Shown in pieces: positions 40,440 through 50,284 of a DNA stretch of 64,000 nt. Both the position numbers and the translations under genes were made by a program. Position 1 is the stretch's first letter. The number at the start of each line of letters is the position of its first letter. Under the pieces are notes generated by a model. The model was not told the DNA's origin. It was given only the letters and a program-made list of their open reading frames with translations, and ran no database searches. The stretch is from Bacteroidota bacterium. GTDB taxonomy: Bacteria; Bacteroidota; Bacteroidia; Bacteroidales; JAAYUG01. The DNA lies in contig JAKPTE010000036.1 of NCBI GenBank assembly GCA_029571215.1, positions 22,302 through 86,301 of the forward strand. Reading direction: 5' to 3'.

Positions 40440-40497
40440 CATCAACGTATAGCAAAGGTTAATACAGCTGGTACAAGTGTAAATACCCAAATGGTGT

Positions 40498-41037
40498 TTA
40501 TTTCGCGCCCATTAATGCAGTAAAAAACTCCCATACAACAATCCCTGTACACACGGCTACATTGAGAGAATGCTTTGTTCCATGCTGAGGAACAACGATA
40601 ACTGCATCACTCAAATCAACCACATCCTGTCTGACCCCGTGAATCTCATGCCCGAAAACTAGGGCATATTTACGGTTGGTATCTATATTGAACTGATGCA
40701 GTGGGATATTATTCTCGGCCTGTTCAACCGAGATAATGGTATAACCTTCATTTCGGAGTTCCTGAATAGCTTCGGCTGTATCTTTCCTGTATTCCCAATT
40801 CACCGATTCAGTTGCCCCGAGAGCTGTTTTATGTATTTCGGGATGCGGAGGGATAGCCGTAATACCGCACAGAATGATTTTTTCAGCCAGAAATGCATCA
40901 GCGGTCCGAAAAATGGAGCCGATGTTGTTCTGGCTTCTGATGTTGTCGAGAACAAGAACCAGAGGTATTTTCGGGGTCTTCTTAAATTCCTCTACCGTTT
41001 TTCTTCCGAGTTCTTCGTTTTTTAGTTTGCGGGGCAT
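40498..41037 (-). CDS. SpoU/TrmH-family RNA 2'-O-methyltransferase
   Basis: 179 aa with SpoU motifs (LDNIRSQNNIGSIFRTADAF, FGHEIHGV, PQHGTKHSLNVAV). Confidence 0.85.
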   Translation of the reverse strand: MPRKLKNEELGRKTVEEFKKTPKIPLVLVLDNIRSQNNIGSIFRTADAFLAEKIILCGITAIPPHPEIHKTALGATESVNWEYRKDTAEAIQELRNEGYTIISVEQAENNIPLHQFNIDTNRKYALVFGHEIHGVRQDVVDLSDAVIVVPQHGTKHSLNVAVCTGIVVWEFFTALMGAK

Positions 41038-41056
41038 AGGTATAAACTATGGTCTG

Positions 41057-41064
41057 CAAAAATA
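41057..41064 (-). promoter_or_regulatory. Candidate -7 promoter box (TAttTTTG) for the SpoU methyltransferase gene
   Basis: The plus strand reads caaaaata, 19 nt upstream of the ATG at 41037. Confidence 0.4.
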
Positions 41065-41143
41065 AGGTTCCCTTTGGAAAAGTCACCGATTGTCAGAAAA
41101 TACTGGTTCAACCGGCAATTGCGGGAACGGCATGACAGATTTT

Positions 41144-42637
41144 TTAAAGTACATCTTCCAGATCGGCCGAGAGAGCCTTGTTTTCGATAAAATCATACAG
41201 TGTCAGGCGACGGATATTGTATAGGTACGTCCAGAAGTTGCGCATGCTTTCAATATAAGCCCGCCGGGCCTGATCTTTTTCTGAAAGAGCGACGTTCAGG
41301 TCGAGTACACTGATTTTCCCAATGAGAAACCGCTGTTTGGTTACTTCATACCGGCTGGCGGCGATGGTGTCGGCTTTGGCAGCAATCATAAACTGATCAT
41401 CCTGCAAATTGAACTGCATCACCTGGAGAAAAATATTTTGCTGAAAATCTGTCTGATCCTGCTGAACCTGTGTACGAATAACTTCCTGACTGCTCATGGC
41501 CATTCTGACCTTCCCTTTTCCCTGCCCCCAGTCGAGCAACGGAATCTGAACTCCTATGCGCACCCTTTGCTGGCTTTGCGGGTCCTGGTAGACTGCTGCC
41601 AATTCATCGGCCTTCTGTGTGAAGCCCAGGGAAGCAAACAAAGTGGCGTTAAATCCCCTTTCCCCCTTTGCCTGCGCAACATCCCTTTGGGCTTCAATCA
41701 GCTGCCTTTCCATGCGCAGTATGTCAGGATTGTTCTGAAGAGCTTCCTGCAGGGTTTTGTTGTAGTCAAGTTCGATGGAAGGGATTTCTGAGGGGATTAC
41801 CAACGTCAGATCGACATTTTCATTAAAACCGAGAAAAGAACGCAGGCGCGATTTCTTGAATTCCAGATCGATTAAGGCCTTGTTCAGTTCTGTACCGGCA
41901 TTCAGGTGGCTCAGTTCCATCTGAAGAAGTTCATTTTCTGCGATGGTGCCTATGTTATAACGTCCCAGGGCGATCTTATACAACGTATCAGTATTACTGA
42001 AATTGGTACGGGCAATATCGAGGTTAATCTGGGCAGCTGCAAGGTCGAAAAACAAATCTACTGCCTGCGATGAAACTTGTTCCATACTGCTCACAAAGGT
42101 GCGTTTAGCCTCTTCATACTTGAGGGGTTCGATTTTCCTCGACCATCGAAGAGCATTGTAGGAGAAAAGTGGCTGGCGAAATCCAATACTGACAGGAGTA
42201 GAAAGATAGGAATGGCCTGCATTTGCTCCAAGCTGGTCTATTCGCTGCAAATCACTGTTGATAAAGATACTGCCACCCGTATAGAAAATATTCTGGCTGA
42301 GGGAGAGACTTCCCAGGGTGTTAACCAGTTTGCGTTCCACAAATTGGTCCGTCCCGTCGGGTAAGGTAATTTTTTCTATACTGCGGTTCAGGTCGGGCAT
42401 GGTGCCGGTGAGGGTAACGGTTGGCAGCAGGCTGGCCAGATGGGTGCGGTACTGCCAGTAACTTGCTCTGAAGCGATGACGTGCAAGCAAAGCCTGGGGT
42501 GACTGCTCCCGCGCAAGGGCAATTACTTCCTGCAGGGTTAAGTTTTTTTCCCTCTTCTGGGCATCCAGCCTGCTGGGGATAAACTGAACCATAAGAATAC
42601 CCTGCCACATCAGGAAGATAAAGAACCTTTTATTCAT
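41144..42637 (-). CDS. TolC-family outer membrane efflux protein
   Basis: About 500 aa with a signal peptide and two OEP-type repeats (LTLQEVIALAREQSPQ...). The ATG at 42637 overlaps the permease stop by 8 nt; the longer ORF starts with TTG at 42652. Confidence 0.85.
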   Translation of the reverse strand: MNKRFFIFLMWQGILMVQFIPSRLDAQKREKNLTLQEVIALAREQSPQALLARHRFRASYWQYRTHLASLLPTVTLTGTMPDLNRSIEKITLPDGTDQFVERKLVNTLGSLSLSQNIFYTGGSIFINSDLQRIDQLGANAGHSYLSTPVSIGFRQPLFSYNALRWSRKIEPLKYEEAKRTFVSSMEQVSSQAVDLFFDLAAAQINLDIARTNFSNTDTLYKIALGRYNIGTIAENELLQMELSHLNAGTELNKALIDLEFKKSRLRSFLGFNENVDLTLVIPSEIPSIELDYNKTLQEALQNNPDILRMERQLIEAQRDVAQAKGERGFNATLFASLGFTQKADELAAVYQDPQSQQRVRIGVQIPLLDWGQGKGKVRMAMSSQEVIRTQVQQDQTDFQQNIFLQVMQFNLQDDQFMIAAKADTIAASRYEVTKQRFLIGKISVLDLNVALSEKDQARRAYIESMRNFWTYLYNIRRLTLYDFIENKALSADLEDVL

Positions 42638-43991
42638 AATGCAACGATTCAATGGGATCCTTTTCTGAGGCTCTTTTAGCGGGGGAATACCCGAAAATTA
42701 TTCCAATAGACGCAGAAACCGCAAAAGCCAGCAAAACGGAAAAAGGAGAAACCACCGTCAGGATACCGGAGAAATGTGTTATGAGTTTGCTCAGGATGAT
42801 GCCGAGCAAAACACCCAGGATACCGCCTGAAACACTAATCAGAACAGCTTCTGATAAAAATTGTACCACGATATCTTTCCGGGTAGCCCCGATAGCCATC
42901 CGGATACCGATTTCGCGTATCCGTTCCAGCACGTTGGCAAACATAATGTTCATGATTCCGATTCCGCCCACGAGGAGGGAAATACTGGCAATTGCGCCCA
43001 GAACAATATTGAAAATATCCCTGGTGCGTTGCTGCTGCTTCAGGAGAAGCTCAGGGACCATAATTTCATAGTCTTTCACTCCCATATGCCTGCGAAGAAG
43101 CATGCGTGAAAGAACTTCCACTGTGGGGTTCAGCTGGTTTGTTTCATTTACCTGTACGATAATCCTATCAAGTTGATGGTAATTGCTCTTTTTCCCAGAG
43201 GAAGGAGAACTGGATGCTCTGATAAACACACCCCCGCTGCGTATCATGATATTTGAAAGCTTTCTAGACGTTATCAAAGCACGGTTTTCGAAACGCATCA
43301 GCATGGTCTTGACGGGAATAAATATGTTGTCGTTCTGCACGGTAACTCCTGCTGATTCAAGTCCGGATACCTGAATCATATTGCGCTGAAGAACTCCAAT
43401 TACTTTCAGCCATACGTTTCCGCATTTGATGTATTGATTCAATGCGCTTGTATTGGGAAAAAGTTTTGCATCAATGTTAGCACCGATAATACAGACAGGA
43501 ATACCTTCTTCTTCCTGGTATTCGTCAAAGGGGACCCCTTTATCGAGCGGAAGATTAAACAGATCGAAGTAAGAACGGGCAACACCGATGATTTTGGTAT
43601 CAATTCGTTTTCCGTTCTGGATAACGTACGAATTCAATGTAATTTCAGGACAAACAGTTTTAACTCCTGGAATAACCTGACGAATTGCTTCTACATCGAG
43701 CAATGTAAGTCCGGGTGAAAACTTTTTCTTTTCCCCGGATGCTTTTTTTTCCGAATTGCTTTCTTCACCGGAAGCAGGTTCTTCCGGAATAACAGGGCTG
43801 ATAACAATATTGTTCACACCCACCATTTTAATTTGCTCGAGAATTTCCTGTCTGGCGCCAGTTCCTATTGCCAGCATGCTGATTACCGCAGCCACTCCAA
43901 AAATTATGCCCAGGGCCGTCAGCATGGACCGTAGCCGGTTATTCAGAAGTGACTCAAATGCAATGATGATATCGTGAAAATACCTTTGCAT
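42630..43991 (-). CDS. ABC transporter permease, MacB/FtsX-type, with no fused ATPase domain
   Basis: N-terminal TM helix (RSMLTALGIIFGVAAVISMLAIG), a large periplasmic MacB_PCD-like domain, and a C-terminal FtsX 3-TM bundle (ERIREIGIRMAIGATRKDI). Confidence 0.88.
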   Translation of the reverse strand: MQRYFHDIIIAFESLLNNRLRSMLTALGIIFGVAAVISMLAIGTGARQEILEQIKMVGVNNIVISPVIPEEPASGEESNSEKKASGEKKKFSPGLTLLDVEAIRQVIPGVKTVCPEITLNSYVIQNGKRIDTKIIGVARSYFDLFNLPLDKGVPFDEYQEEEGIPVCIIGANIDAKLFPNTSALNQYIKCGNVWLKVIGVLQRNMIQVSGLESAGVTVQNDNIFIPVKTMLMRFENRALITSRKLSNIMIRSGGVFIRASSSPSSGKKSNYHQLDRIIVQVNETNQLNPTVEVLSRMLLRRHMGVKDYEIMVPELLLKQQQRTRDIFNIVLGAIASISLLVGGIGIMNIMFANVLERIREIGIRMAIGATRKDIVVQFLSEAVLISVSGGILGVLLGIILSKLITHFSGILTVVSPFSVLLAFAVSASIGIIFGYSPAKRASEKDPIESLHYE

Positions 43992-44003
43992 CAGTCATTC
44001 ATT

Positions 44004-45407
44004 TTAAGGTCTGGCTCTCATTCTTTGTCTTCGGTCTTTTCCTGTCACAGAGGGCTTGCGGGTGGTATCCGGCATTTGTCTGTAAGTACTTTCCACTTCA
44101 CTTTTACGCAATGCTTCCTCTCTTTCTTTTTTCTCCCTTGCCTTTTGCAGGATTACGGGGATCAATTCCGTTCCTTCCGTTTTCATTTTAGCGGCATTGT
44201 CAGGTTTTGACAGCAGGATTCTGTCGCCGGCCTTCAAACCCTGTTCCACTATGACTTCATTTTCGTTTGTCTCGCCCAGAACTACAATCTGTTTTGTGCC
44301 ATTCTTTCTGAAAACATAGGGTATGCTATCGTCGCTGAAAATTGCTTCGAGGGGCACAAAAAGAACATTTTCCAATCGGGCAATGCGAATAGCATTGCCG
44401 GTGGTCATGGATGGGCGAAGAATAGGATCAAATTCATTCACTTTGATAATGACCTCAAAAACTTTTGCATCGGTGTTAGGCAGTTGTTCCCCGATGTTGG
44501 CCACTTCAATTACAACACCGGTATATTTTTTTTCCGGGAAGGCATCCACGGTAATCCTCACCGGCTGACCGGGTTTTACTTTGCTGATATCAATTTCATT
44601 AACGTAAGTTTTGGATATCATGGAAGTAAGATCGGGGAGTGTTGCCACCGTGAGATCCCATGGGCTGATGGTGGAGCCCACTTTGCGTTTTTCCCCGCTC
44701 CATTCACGAGCATAGATAACCATTCCGTCAGCGGGAGCACGAATAATAAATTTTTCAAGAACGCTTTGCATTTCCTGCATCCTTCTGCGGGCCCTGGCGA
44801 GTTCGACAGCTGACAGGCTCATGTCTTCTTTCGCCTGCTGTTCCTTGAGAAAGTAGTTTTTTCGTGCCTGTTCATAATTTCTTTCGGCCTTTTCCAGGTC
44901 AATCTGTGCCTGCCTTATGGTGGCAGGAGGTTCATACTTGCTTTGTTCCAGTTTAATACGAGCTTCTTCCATACTGAACCTGAGATTGATAAGTTCGTCT
45001 CTCAGATTTCGCAGGAGAATGGTAGTGTCCAGCCGGGTTTTATTGAAATTTGATTCGGCTTTTTCTACCTCATCCATGATGTCTTTCAGCTGATTATCTG
45101 CTTCCGACCGGTCGAGTGTGGCCACATAATCTCCTTCTTTTACCACAGTTCCCTCAGGAACAAGATCCTGTATACGGATATTATTCAGTCTCAGATTACG
45201 GCTGCGGAGCTCGACAGGGCCTGTGATATTCTGGGAACGGGCTGCCTGGAGCTCTCCCGTAACAGTAACCAGAATCTCAAAAGGCCCCTGTTTAACCTGA
45301 GTTTCCAGCACCACTTTCTTCTCTTTCCGTGAGGCTCCAAAGATGTAATAAACTGCCAGAAGCGAAACTACTACAATACTGATTATCCAGACGTTTCGTT
45401 TTTTCAT
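44004..45407 (-). CDS. Efflux periplasmic adaptor subunit (HlyD/MacA family) with a basic C-terminal tail
   Basis: N-terminal TM anchor, a lipoyl-like segment, a long coiled-coil hairpin, and a beta-barrel (VKPGQPVRITVDAFP). The last ~50 aa are rich in K, R and E. Confidence 0.87.
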   Translation of the reverse strand: MKKRNVWIISIVVVSLLAVYYIFGASRKEKKVVLETQVKQGPFEILVTVTGELQAARSQNITGPVELRSRNLRLNNIRIQDLVPEGTVVKEGDYVATLDRSEADNQLKDIMDEVEKAESNFNKTRLDTTILLRNLRDELINLRFSMEEARIKLEQSKYEPPATIRQAQIDLEKAERNYEQARKNYFLKEQQAKEDMSLSAVELARARRRMQEMQSVLEKFIIRAPADGMVIYAREWSGEKRKVGSTISPWDLTVATLPDLTSMISKTYVNEIDISKVKPGQPVRITVDAFPEKKYTGVVIEVANIGEQLPNTDAKVFEVIIKVNEFDPILRPSMTTGNAIRIARLENVLFVPLEAIFSDDSIPYVFRKNGTKQIVVLGETNENEVIVEQGLKAGDRILLSKPDNAAKMKTEGTELIPVILQKAREKKEREEALRKSEVESTYRQMPDTTRKPSVTGKDRRQRMRARP

Positions 45408-45451
45408 TCCTGTATGAATTTTATCAGTGGTTGGTATAGCGCACGAGTGGA

Positions 45452-46840
45452 TTATAAACCGGTAGATTGAAGTATTCTTTCAACCAAAGCAGCGAGCCGT
45501 TCAGACTCTTCCTGATTTTTACCTTCACTATAGATTCGTATTATAGGCTCCGTGTTCGATTTACGAACATGGACCCATCCTTCCGGAAAATCAATTCGTA
45601 TTCCGTCGGTATCGTTGATTTTTTGATCATAAAAATGATCCCTTAATTGCATCAGTAAGTGATCGATATTAATTCCGGAACTGATTTCAACTTTCCTTTT
45701 AGACATTACATAGTGAGGATAACTTGCACGAAGCTCGGATGCTTTTTTCCCCGACCTTGCCAGGTGGCTGAGGAACAGGGCAGTACCAACCAGTGCGTCA
45801 CGGCCATAATGCAGGTCAGGCAGGATTACGCCACCGTTTCCTTCCCCACCAATGACCGCATTCACTTTTTTCATCATAGCCACCACATTCACTTCACCTA
45901 CTGCAGAAGCGAAATGCTGTCCGCCATGTTTTTCGGTAATATCCCTGAGGGCACGGGATGAAGAAAGGTTGGAAACAGTGTTGCCTTTCTTAAAGGAAAG
46001 CACATAATCGGCAGCGGCCACTAGTGTATATTCTTCCCCGAACATGCTACCGTCTTCACAAACAATGGCCAGGCGGTCAACATCAGGGTCTACAACAAGG
46101 CCCAGGTGAGCTTTTTTTCGGGGAACTACCACTGAAATTTCTGTCAGGTGTTCGGGCAGCGGTTCGGGATTATGGGCAAAAAGTCCGTCAGGCGTACAGT
46201 TTAGCGGAACAACTTCCTGAACGCCAAGAGCTTTAAGCAACGCAGGGATTGCCAAACCTCCCACGGAGTTGACAGCATCCACCGCAATCCTGAATTTTGC
46301 CTTCCGTATGGCATCGGTATCGACATAGGGAAGTTCGAGAATCTTCTGAATGTGGTATTCGAGGTATCCTTCCCGTCTTGTGATAACCCCAAGCTGGTCA
46401 ACCGGGGCATAACTGAATTCGTTTTTTTGCGCCAGCCTGATAATTTCTTCTCCTTCTTCGGCGGTAAGGAATTCGCCATCAGGCCCAAGCAATTTGAGTG
46501 CATTCCACTGAAGAGGATTATGGCTGGCCGTGATAATAATTCCGCCCTGGGTATTTTCTGCCAGAACAGCCATTTCGACAGTGGGGGTGGTTGCATGGCC
46601 CAGCAATATAATGTTTATCCCACAGGCCGAGAGGGTAGCCGCAACGAGCGATTCGACCATGGGACCGGAAATACGGGCATCGCGGCCAACAATTACCGTA
46701 GGCTTCATGCCAGGGAACCGGAACCTGATGAATTCCGCATATGCGGTTGAAAAACGGATAATATCTGACGGTGTAAGGGCTTCTCCAGGCTTTCCTCCAA
46801 TAGTGCCCCTTATTCCTGAGATGGAAGTAATAAGTGCCAT
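45452..46840 (-). CDS. glmM: Phosphoglucosamine mutase
   Basis: MALITSISGIRGTIGG, the active-site loop TASHNP, and the metal loop DPDVDR; 462 aa. Confidence 0.9.
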   Translation of the reverse strand: MALITSISGIRGTIGGKPGEALTPSDIIRFSTAYAEFIRFRFPGMKPTVIVGRDARISGPMVESLVAATLSACGINIILLGHATTPTVEMAVLAENTQGGIIITASHNPLQWNALKLLGPDGEFLTAEEGEEIIRLAQKNEFSYAPVDQLGVITRREGYLEYHIQKILELPYVDTDAIRKAKFRIAVDAVNSVGGLAIPALLKALGVQEVVPLNCTPDGLFAHNPEPLPEHLTEISVVVPRKKAHLGLVVDPDVDRLAIVCEDGSMFGEEYTLVAAADYVLSFKKGNTVSNLSSSRALRDITEKHGGQHFASAVGEVNVVAMMKKVNAVIGGEGNGGVILPDLHYGRDALVGTALFLSHLARSGKKASELRASYPHYVMSKRKVEISSGINIDHLLMQLRDHFYDQKINDTDGIRIDFPEGWVHVRKSNTEPIIRIYSEGKNQEESERLAALVERILQSTGL

Positions 46841-46886
46841 CGCTTCTTTTTGACCTTAAAAGTACAAATAACTTCCTTTTTTGGGC

Positions 46887-46894
46887 TAATTTTG
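46887..46894 (+). promoter_or_regulatory. Candidate -7 promoter box (TAatTTTG) for the CHAD gene, implying a near-leaderless mRNA
   Basis: taattttg ends only 7 nt before the ATG at 46902. Confidence 0.3.
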
Positions 46895-46901
46895 TACAAC
46901 T

Positions 46902-47870
46902 ATGGCAGTAACCAGAAAAAAAATCCGGCAGGCACAGGCAAAATGGACTCCGGGAAATGAACCGGCTCTCAGGCAGGGAGAATTTTTCGGGGACGGGCTG
47001 CAGCGTATTCTCACTGAAGAATTGCAATATGCCCTCCGACAGGTTGAACGTCCCAGGGAAGAAATGCATCTGGCAGTGCACGAACTGCGAAAAACACTAA
47101 AACGCATCAGAGCTATCTTTCGACTCATCGAACCTGATATTGGTTACTATATATGCCGGAAAGAAATACACCGATACAGGGATATTGCCAGGAACGTCGC
47201 TTCTTTAAGAAGTCTTTATGTATGCCTTGAAACGATCAAAAAAATTCGCCCTGCCCTTCCCAAAAAAATTGCCGGGGAGCCTCTGGGCAAAACAGAAAAA
47301 ATCTTGCGAAGTCAATATGAAAGCCTTCTGAAGAAAAAGACTGAAGAAAAGGAAGTCCATGAAATTATCCGTCAGGAACTTACTCTGGCGTATCAGCAGT
47401 TAGAAGCATTACCCGTTCTGCATAATGATGTCCTCATTTTTGAAAAAGCGGTAAGGAACTGTTTTCGCAAAGGACGGAAATGCTGGCGAAAAGTGGCCCG
47501 TAAACCCGGTTCAAATAATATTCATGAACTGAGAAAACACATCAAGCAATTGCAGTTTCAGTTACAGGTATTATATCCTCTTCTGCCTGAAAAACTTGGC
47601 AAACCTCTTGCCAGTTTACAGAAACTTGCCCGGCTGAGCGGTGACGAGCATGACCTCTATGAACTTTCCCAACTGATCAGGAAGTATTTAAAAGATGAAC
47701 CCTATAAAAAGGAACTTTTGTTTGGTATATCCCGTCTTATTCTGGCCCACCGGAAGCAACTTCTCCCTGCGGCAAGGAAATTTTACAATATTAAAAGCAA
47801 GAAGTTTATCGCCGATCTGGGTTTGAGAAAAATTACCTTTTCTTCGGAAATCAACCTAAAAAGTGCATAG
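46902..47870 (+). CDS. CHAD domain-containing protein
   Basis: Helical and basic, with a repeated HELRK motif (VHELRKTLKRIRAIFRL and IHELRKHIKQLQFQLQVL) typical of CHAD. Confidence 0.78.
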   Translation: MAVTRKKIRQAQAKWTPGNEPALRQGEFFGDGLQRILTEELQYALRQVERPREEMHLAVHELRKTLKRIRAIFRLIEPDIGYYICRKEIHRYRDIARNVASLRSLYVCLETIKKIRPALPKKIAGEPLGKTEKILRSQYESLLKKKTEEKEVHEIIRQELTLAYQQLEALPVLHNDVLIFEKAVRNCFRKGRKCWRKVARKPGSNNIHELRKHIKQLQFQLQVLYPLLPEKLGKPLASLQKLARLSGDEHDLYELSQLIRKYLKDEPYKKELLFGISRLILAHRKQLLPAARKFYNIKSKKFIADLGLRKITFSSEINLKSA

Positions 47871-47871
47871 C

Positions 47872-48603
47872 ATGGTTTTTTTTGAAACGGAATACTTGAA
47901 GAGTAAACAAGTAAAAGAATCCCTGAAGATTTATGCCCTCATTTTTTTGGTTTGTTTGATAACATGGTTGTGCGGGATTCTGTTTTTAAAAAACAGTTCG
48001 GAGTACAGAATTTTTGGTTTTTCGGGGATTCTTCTGGTTCTTGCAGGTTTTGTTCTTGTCCCTTTTCAGAAATTGGCGGGATTTCCTGATCTGCTCGATA
48101 AAAAACATCACATCAGAAAACGTTTTTCCGAACCGTTTGCAATAGGATTTTTATTTGCTATTGCTGATATAGTTGTTTACATACTGATTCTTCATCCTGA
48201 GGCCTATTCCTCTCTCCCACCCTTCCTTCAACCTTTTCCGTATTCCCTTTTGCTTTATTTTTCAGGTGCTGTTTACTGCGAGGTTCTGTATCGGCTTTTG
48301 CCATTGACTTTGATCCTTTCTGTTGTGACGTTGCTCAATCCTAAAAAAGTAAACAACAGGTACTTCTGGATTCTTGCTATCGTTACTTCTCTCTGGGAAC
48401 CTCTGGAACAAACAGGGAACGCAATACTGTGGGTCATGGTGTACAGTTTTACCTCCGGATTCCTTTTTAATTTCATACAAGCTATATATTATAGAAAGGC
48501 AGGGTTCCTCTCATCCCTTTCCGTAAGGCTGGGCCATTATTTTCTATGGCATATCCTTCTCGGAATATACATTCAGATGAATTTGGCTCCCGGGAATAAT
48601 TGA
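47872..48603 (+). CDS. Polytopic membrane protein, possibly a degenerate CPBP/Abi-like protein
   Basis: About 7 hydrophobic helices. There is weak resemblance to CPBP motifs (CEVLYR instead of EExxxR; HYFLWH). The ATG at 47872 is 1 nt after the CHAD stop; an in-frame GTG at 47863 would overlap it by 8 nt. Confidence 0.55.
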   Translation: MVFFETEYLKSKQVKESLKIYALIFLVCLITWLCGILFLKNSSEYRIFGFSGILLVLAGFVLVPFQKLAGFPDLLDKKHHIRKRFSEPFAIGFLFAIADIVVYILILHPEAYSSLPPFLQPFPYSLLLYFSGAVYCEVLYRLLPLTLILSVVTLLNPKKVNNRYFWILAIVTSLWEPLEQTGNAILWVMVYSFTSGFLFNFIQAIYYRKAGFLSSLSVRLGHYFLWHILLGIYIQMNLAPGNN

Positions 48604-48662
48604 AGCCGAGAGGAAAAGCAGGGATTATTTAATGTGAAAACCAGTTAAGGTAATAAGCCAGT

Positions 48663-49091
48663 TTATTCCACTCTGTGCATGTGCCAATCTCCTGAAAGAA
48701 CCAGTTCCATTGTACGTCCGAAAGGACCTTCTTCCACAGCAGCAACGATTTCCCATTGACCCGAATAACTGTCCTGATTTTCCGTACGTTCGCCGTGATA
48801 CATCACCTCATGTGATTCACGTTCCTTATCGGTAATAAATGAACCGTCTTCAGCCAGGGCAAAAAAATACGGGAATCGTTTTACGAAACTGATCATACCA
48901 TCTTCAGCAAAACCTTCTATGCTTGCAGGCTGACCAAAAATTCTCAATGTTTCTTCATCGGAACAGGTGCCACTCAGATCACCGTCAGCATCCAGGATTT
49001 CCAGAACAAAAGATACTTTCTTATTCCGGAATGTTTCAGGAAACATTTCACCGAAAGTGTATTCGCCCGCCCATTTGCCGCTAAGATTCAT
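48663..49091 (-). CDS. Hypothetical cytoplasmic protein
   Basis: 142-aa ORF with protein-like composition and no signal peptide. I recognise no family. Confidence 0.5.
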   Translation of the reverse strand: MNLSGKWAGEYTFGEMFPETFRNKKVSFVLEILDADGDLSGTCSDEETLRIFGQPASIEGFAEDGMISFVKRFPYFFALAEDGSFITDKERESHEVMYHGERTENQDSYSGQWEIVAAVEEGPFGRTMELVLSGDWHMHRVE

Positions 49092-49196
49092 ATAATTTCA
49101 TGTTTCTAAATGGTAATATACTTTTTTTAGTATTTGGTAAATTAAATCATATTTATTAACAAGTTAAGTACAATTGACATATGTTAAACACCTTGG

Positions 49197-50162
49197 TCAT
49201 TTTAAGAAAGGTTCTCCCGAGGGAATGAAAGACACATCTGCGTCAGGAAACAGTGTTTTAATCCATCGGGCACATTCTTTCATTCCTTCTTCTTCTGAAG
49301 GGATATGACCAATTACAACAAGTGCCTTCTTTTTCCCTTGAAGGGATGCATCCCGCACATATTCTATTGTTTCCCATTCACGCGATTCGCCTACCAGCAA
49401 CACTTCCACATCGTCGCGCCGGAGGAACTCCATTTGAAGATCACTGCCGACAGCTCCCGGAAGAAATCCAACCTGTGTAATTTTCATGGAGGGATCGCCA
49501 ACCAGCCTGATGTGGGACGCATGTAGTTTTTCAGCGAGCATTCCCTGAAGTTGCTGCAAAGTAACCGGAGGGATGATAAAAATTCCTTCCGCATTATCCT
49601 TCCGGTAGTCCTCCCAACCAAGTGCACGGGTCATTCCTTCCAGGATCCCGTCAGGCTTTCGCATATGCCAGTGATCATGAAACCGCCAGATGATTAAATT
49701 ATGGTCATTGATATAACGGATTTTATCAAGATAAACCGGATCATTGTTTTTCTCAAACTCTGAGGTTTCATCGAGGTGGTTATAGAACGCAGGTTCATGC
49801 ACAATAATAAAGTTTTTTCCCGATGCAACAGCTTTTTTCAGTACAGTCATGGTGGGGAACATGGTAGTAACAACTCCCGTAACCACATTATCGGGGTTGC
49901 CTGCCTTAAAAACATCGACAGTAGTTTCCTGCCACGGAACCCCGATTTTTTGTTTTATTATCTCAACCATTTGCCGTGCGGTCATTCCTGATGGCTGCGC
50001 ATGGACAATAAATGGAACGGCAACTGCCAGCAGCACGACAATGCTGTAATATTTTGCTCTCCTTCCTGATCGGCAGATACCTCTCAACAGGTGGTACCTT
50101 CCCTGCAGAATGTGCAAATGTTGTAATGCGGTTTTCATAAAGAAACTCCTTTTGAAGAACAA
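49197..50162 (-). CDS. Nif3-like (DUF34) metal-binding protein with an N-terminal signal/anchor
   Basis: The pattern MVEIIKQKIGVPWQETTVDVFKAGNP...VTGVVTTMF.T..VLKKAVASGKNFIIVHEPAFY matches the Nif3 N-terminal layout. The start codon is uncertain (several Met codons). Confidence 0.62.
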   Translation of the reverse strand: MFFKRSFFMKTALQHLHILQGRYHLLRGICRSGRRAKYYSIVVLLAVAVPFIVHAQPSGMTARQMVEIIKQKIGVPWQETTVDVFKAGNPDNVVTGVVTTMFPTMTVLKKAVASGKNFIIVHEPAFYNHLDETSEFEKNNDPVYLDKIRYINDHNLIIWRFHDHWHMRKPDGILEGMTRALGWEDYRKDNAEGIFIIPPVTLQQLQGMLAEKLHASHIRLVGDPSMKITQVGFLPGAVGSDLQMEFLRRDDVEVLLVGESREWETIEYVRDASLQGKKKALVVIGHIPSEEEGMKECARWIKTLFPDADVSFIPSGEPFLK

Positions 50163-50284
50163 AGATGATGATTTTCTTCAAAAGCACGAATGCAAAATAA
50201 AGTGAAACAGCAGAAAAGGGGATCTCATGGAACTTTTTCCCGACATCCCCCAAATGCAAATCCGCAGGCCGTTTCCGGCATGGT

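Noticed and set aside
39568-40455. A 295-aa ORF on the minus strand, antisense to the TPR lipoprotein gene.
   Set aside because: It lies almost entirely inside a well-supported plus-strand gene. Its composition is rich in F, C and N with low complexity, it has no motifs, and it runs through the 40405-40439 terminator. This is a typical shadow ORF.
46518-47081. A 187-aa minus-strand ORF spanning the glmM 5' end and the CHAD gene start. Related ORFs are at 46886-47128 and 46201-46596.
   Set aside because: It crosses a divergent promoter region and overlaps two better-supported genes. Its composition is rich in C, R and H.
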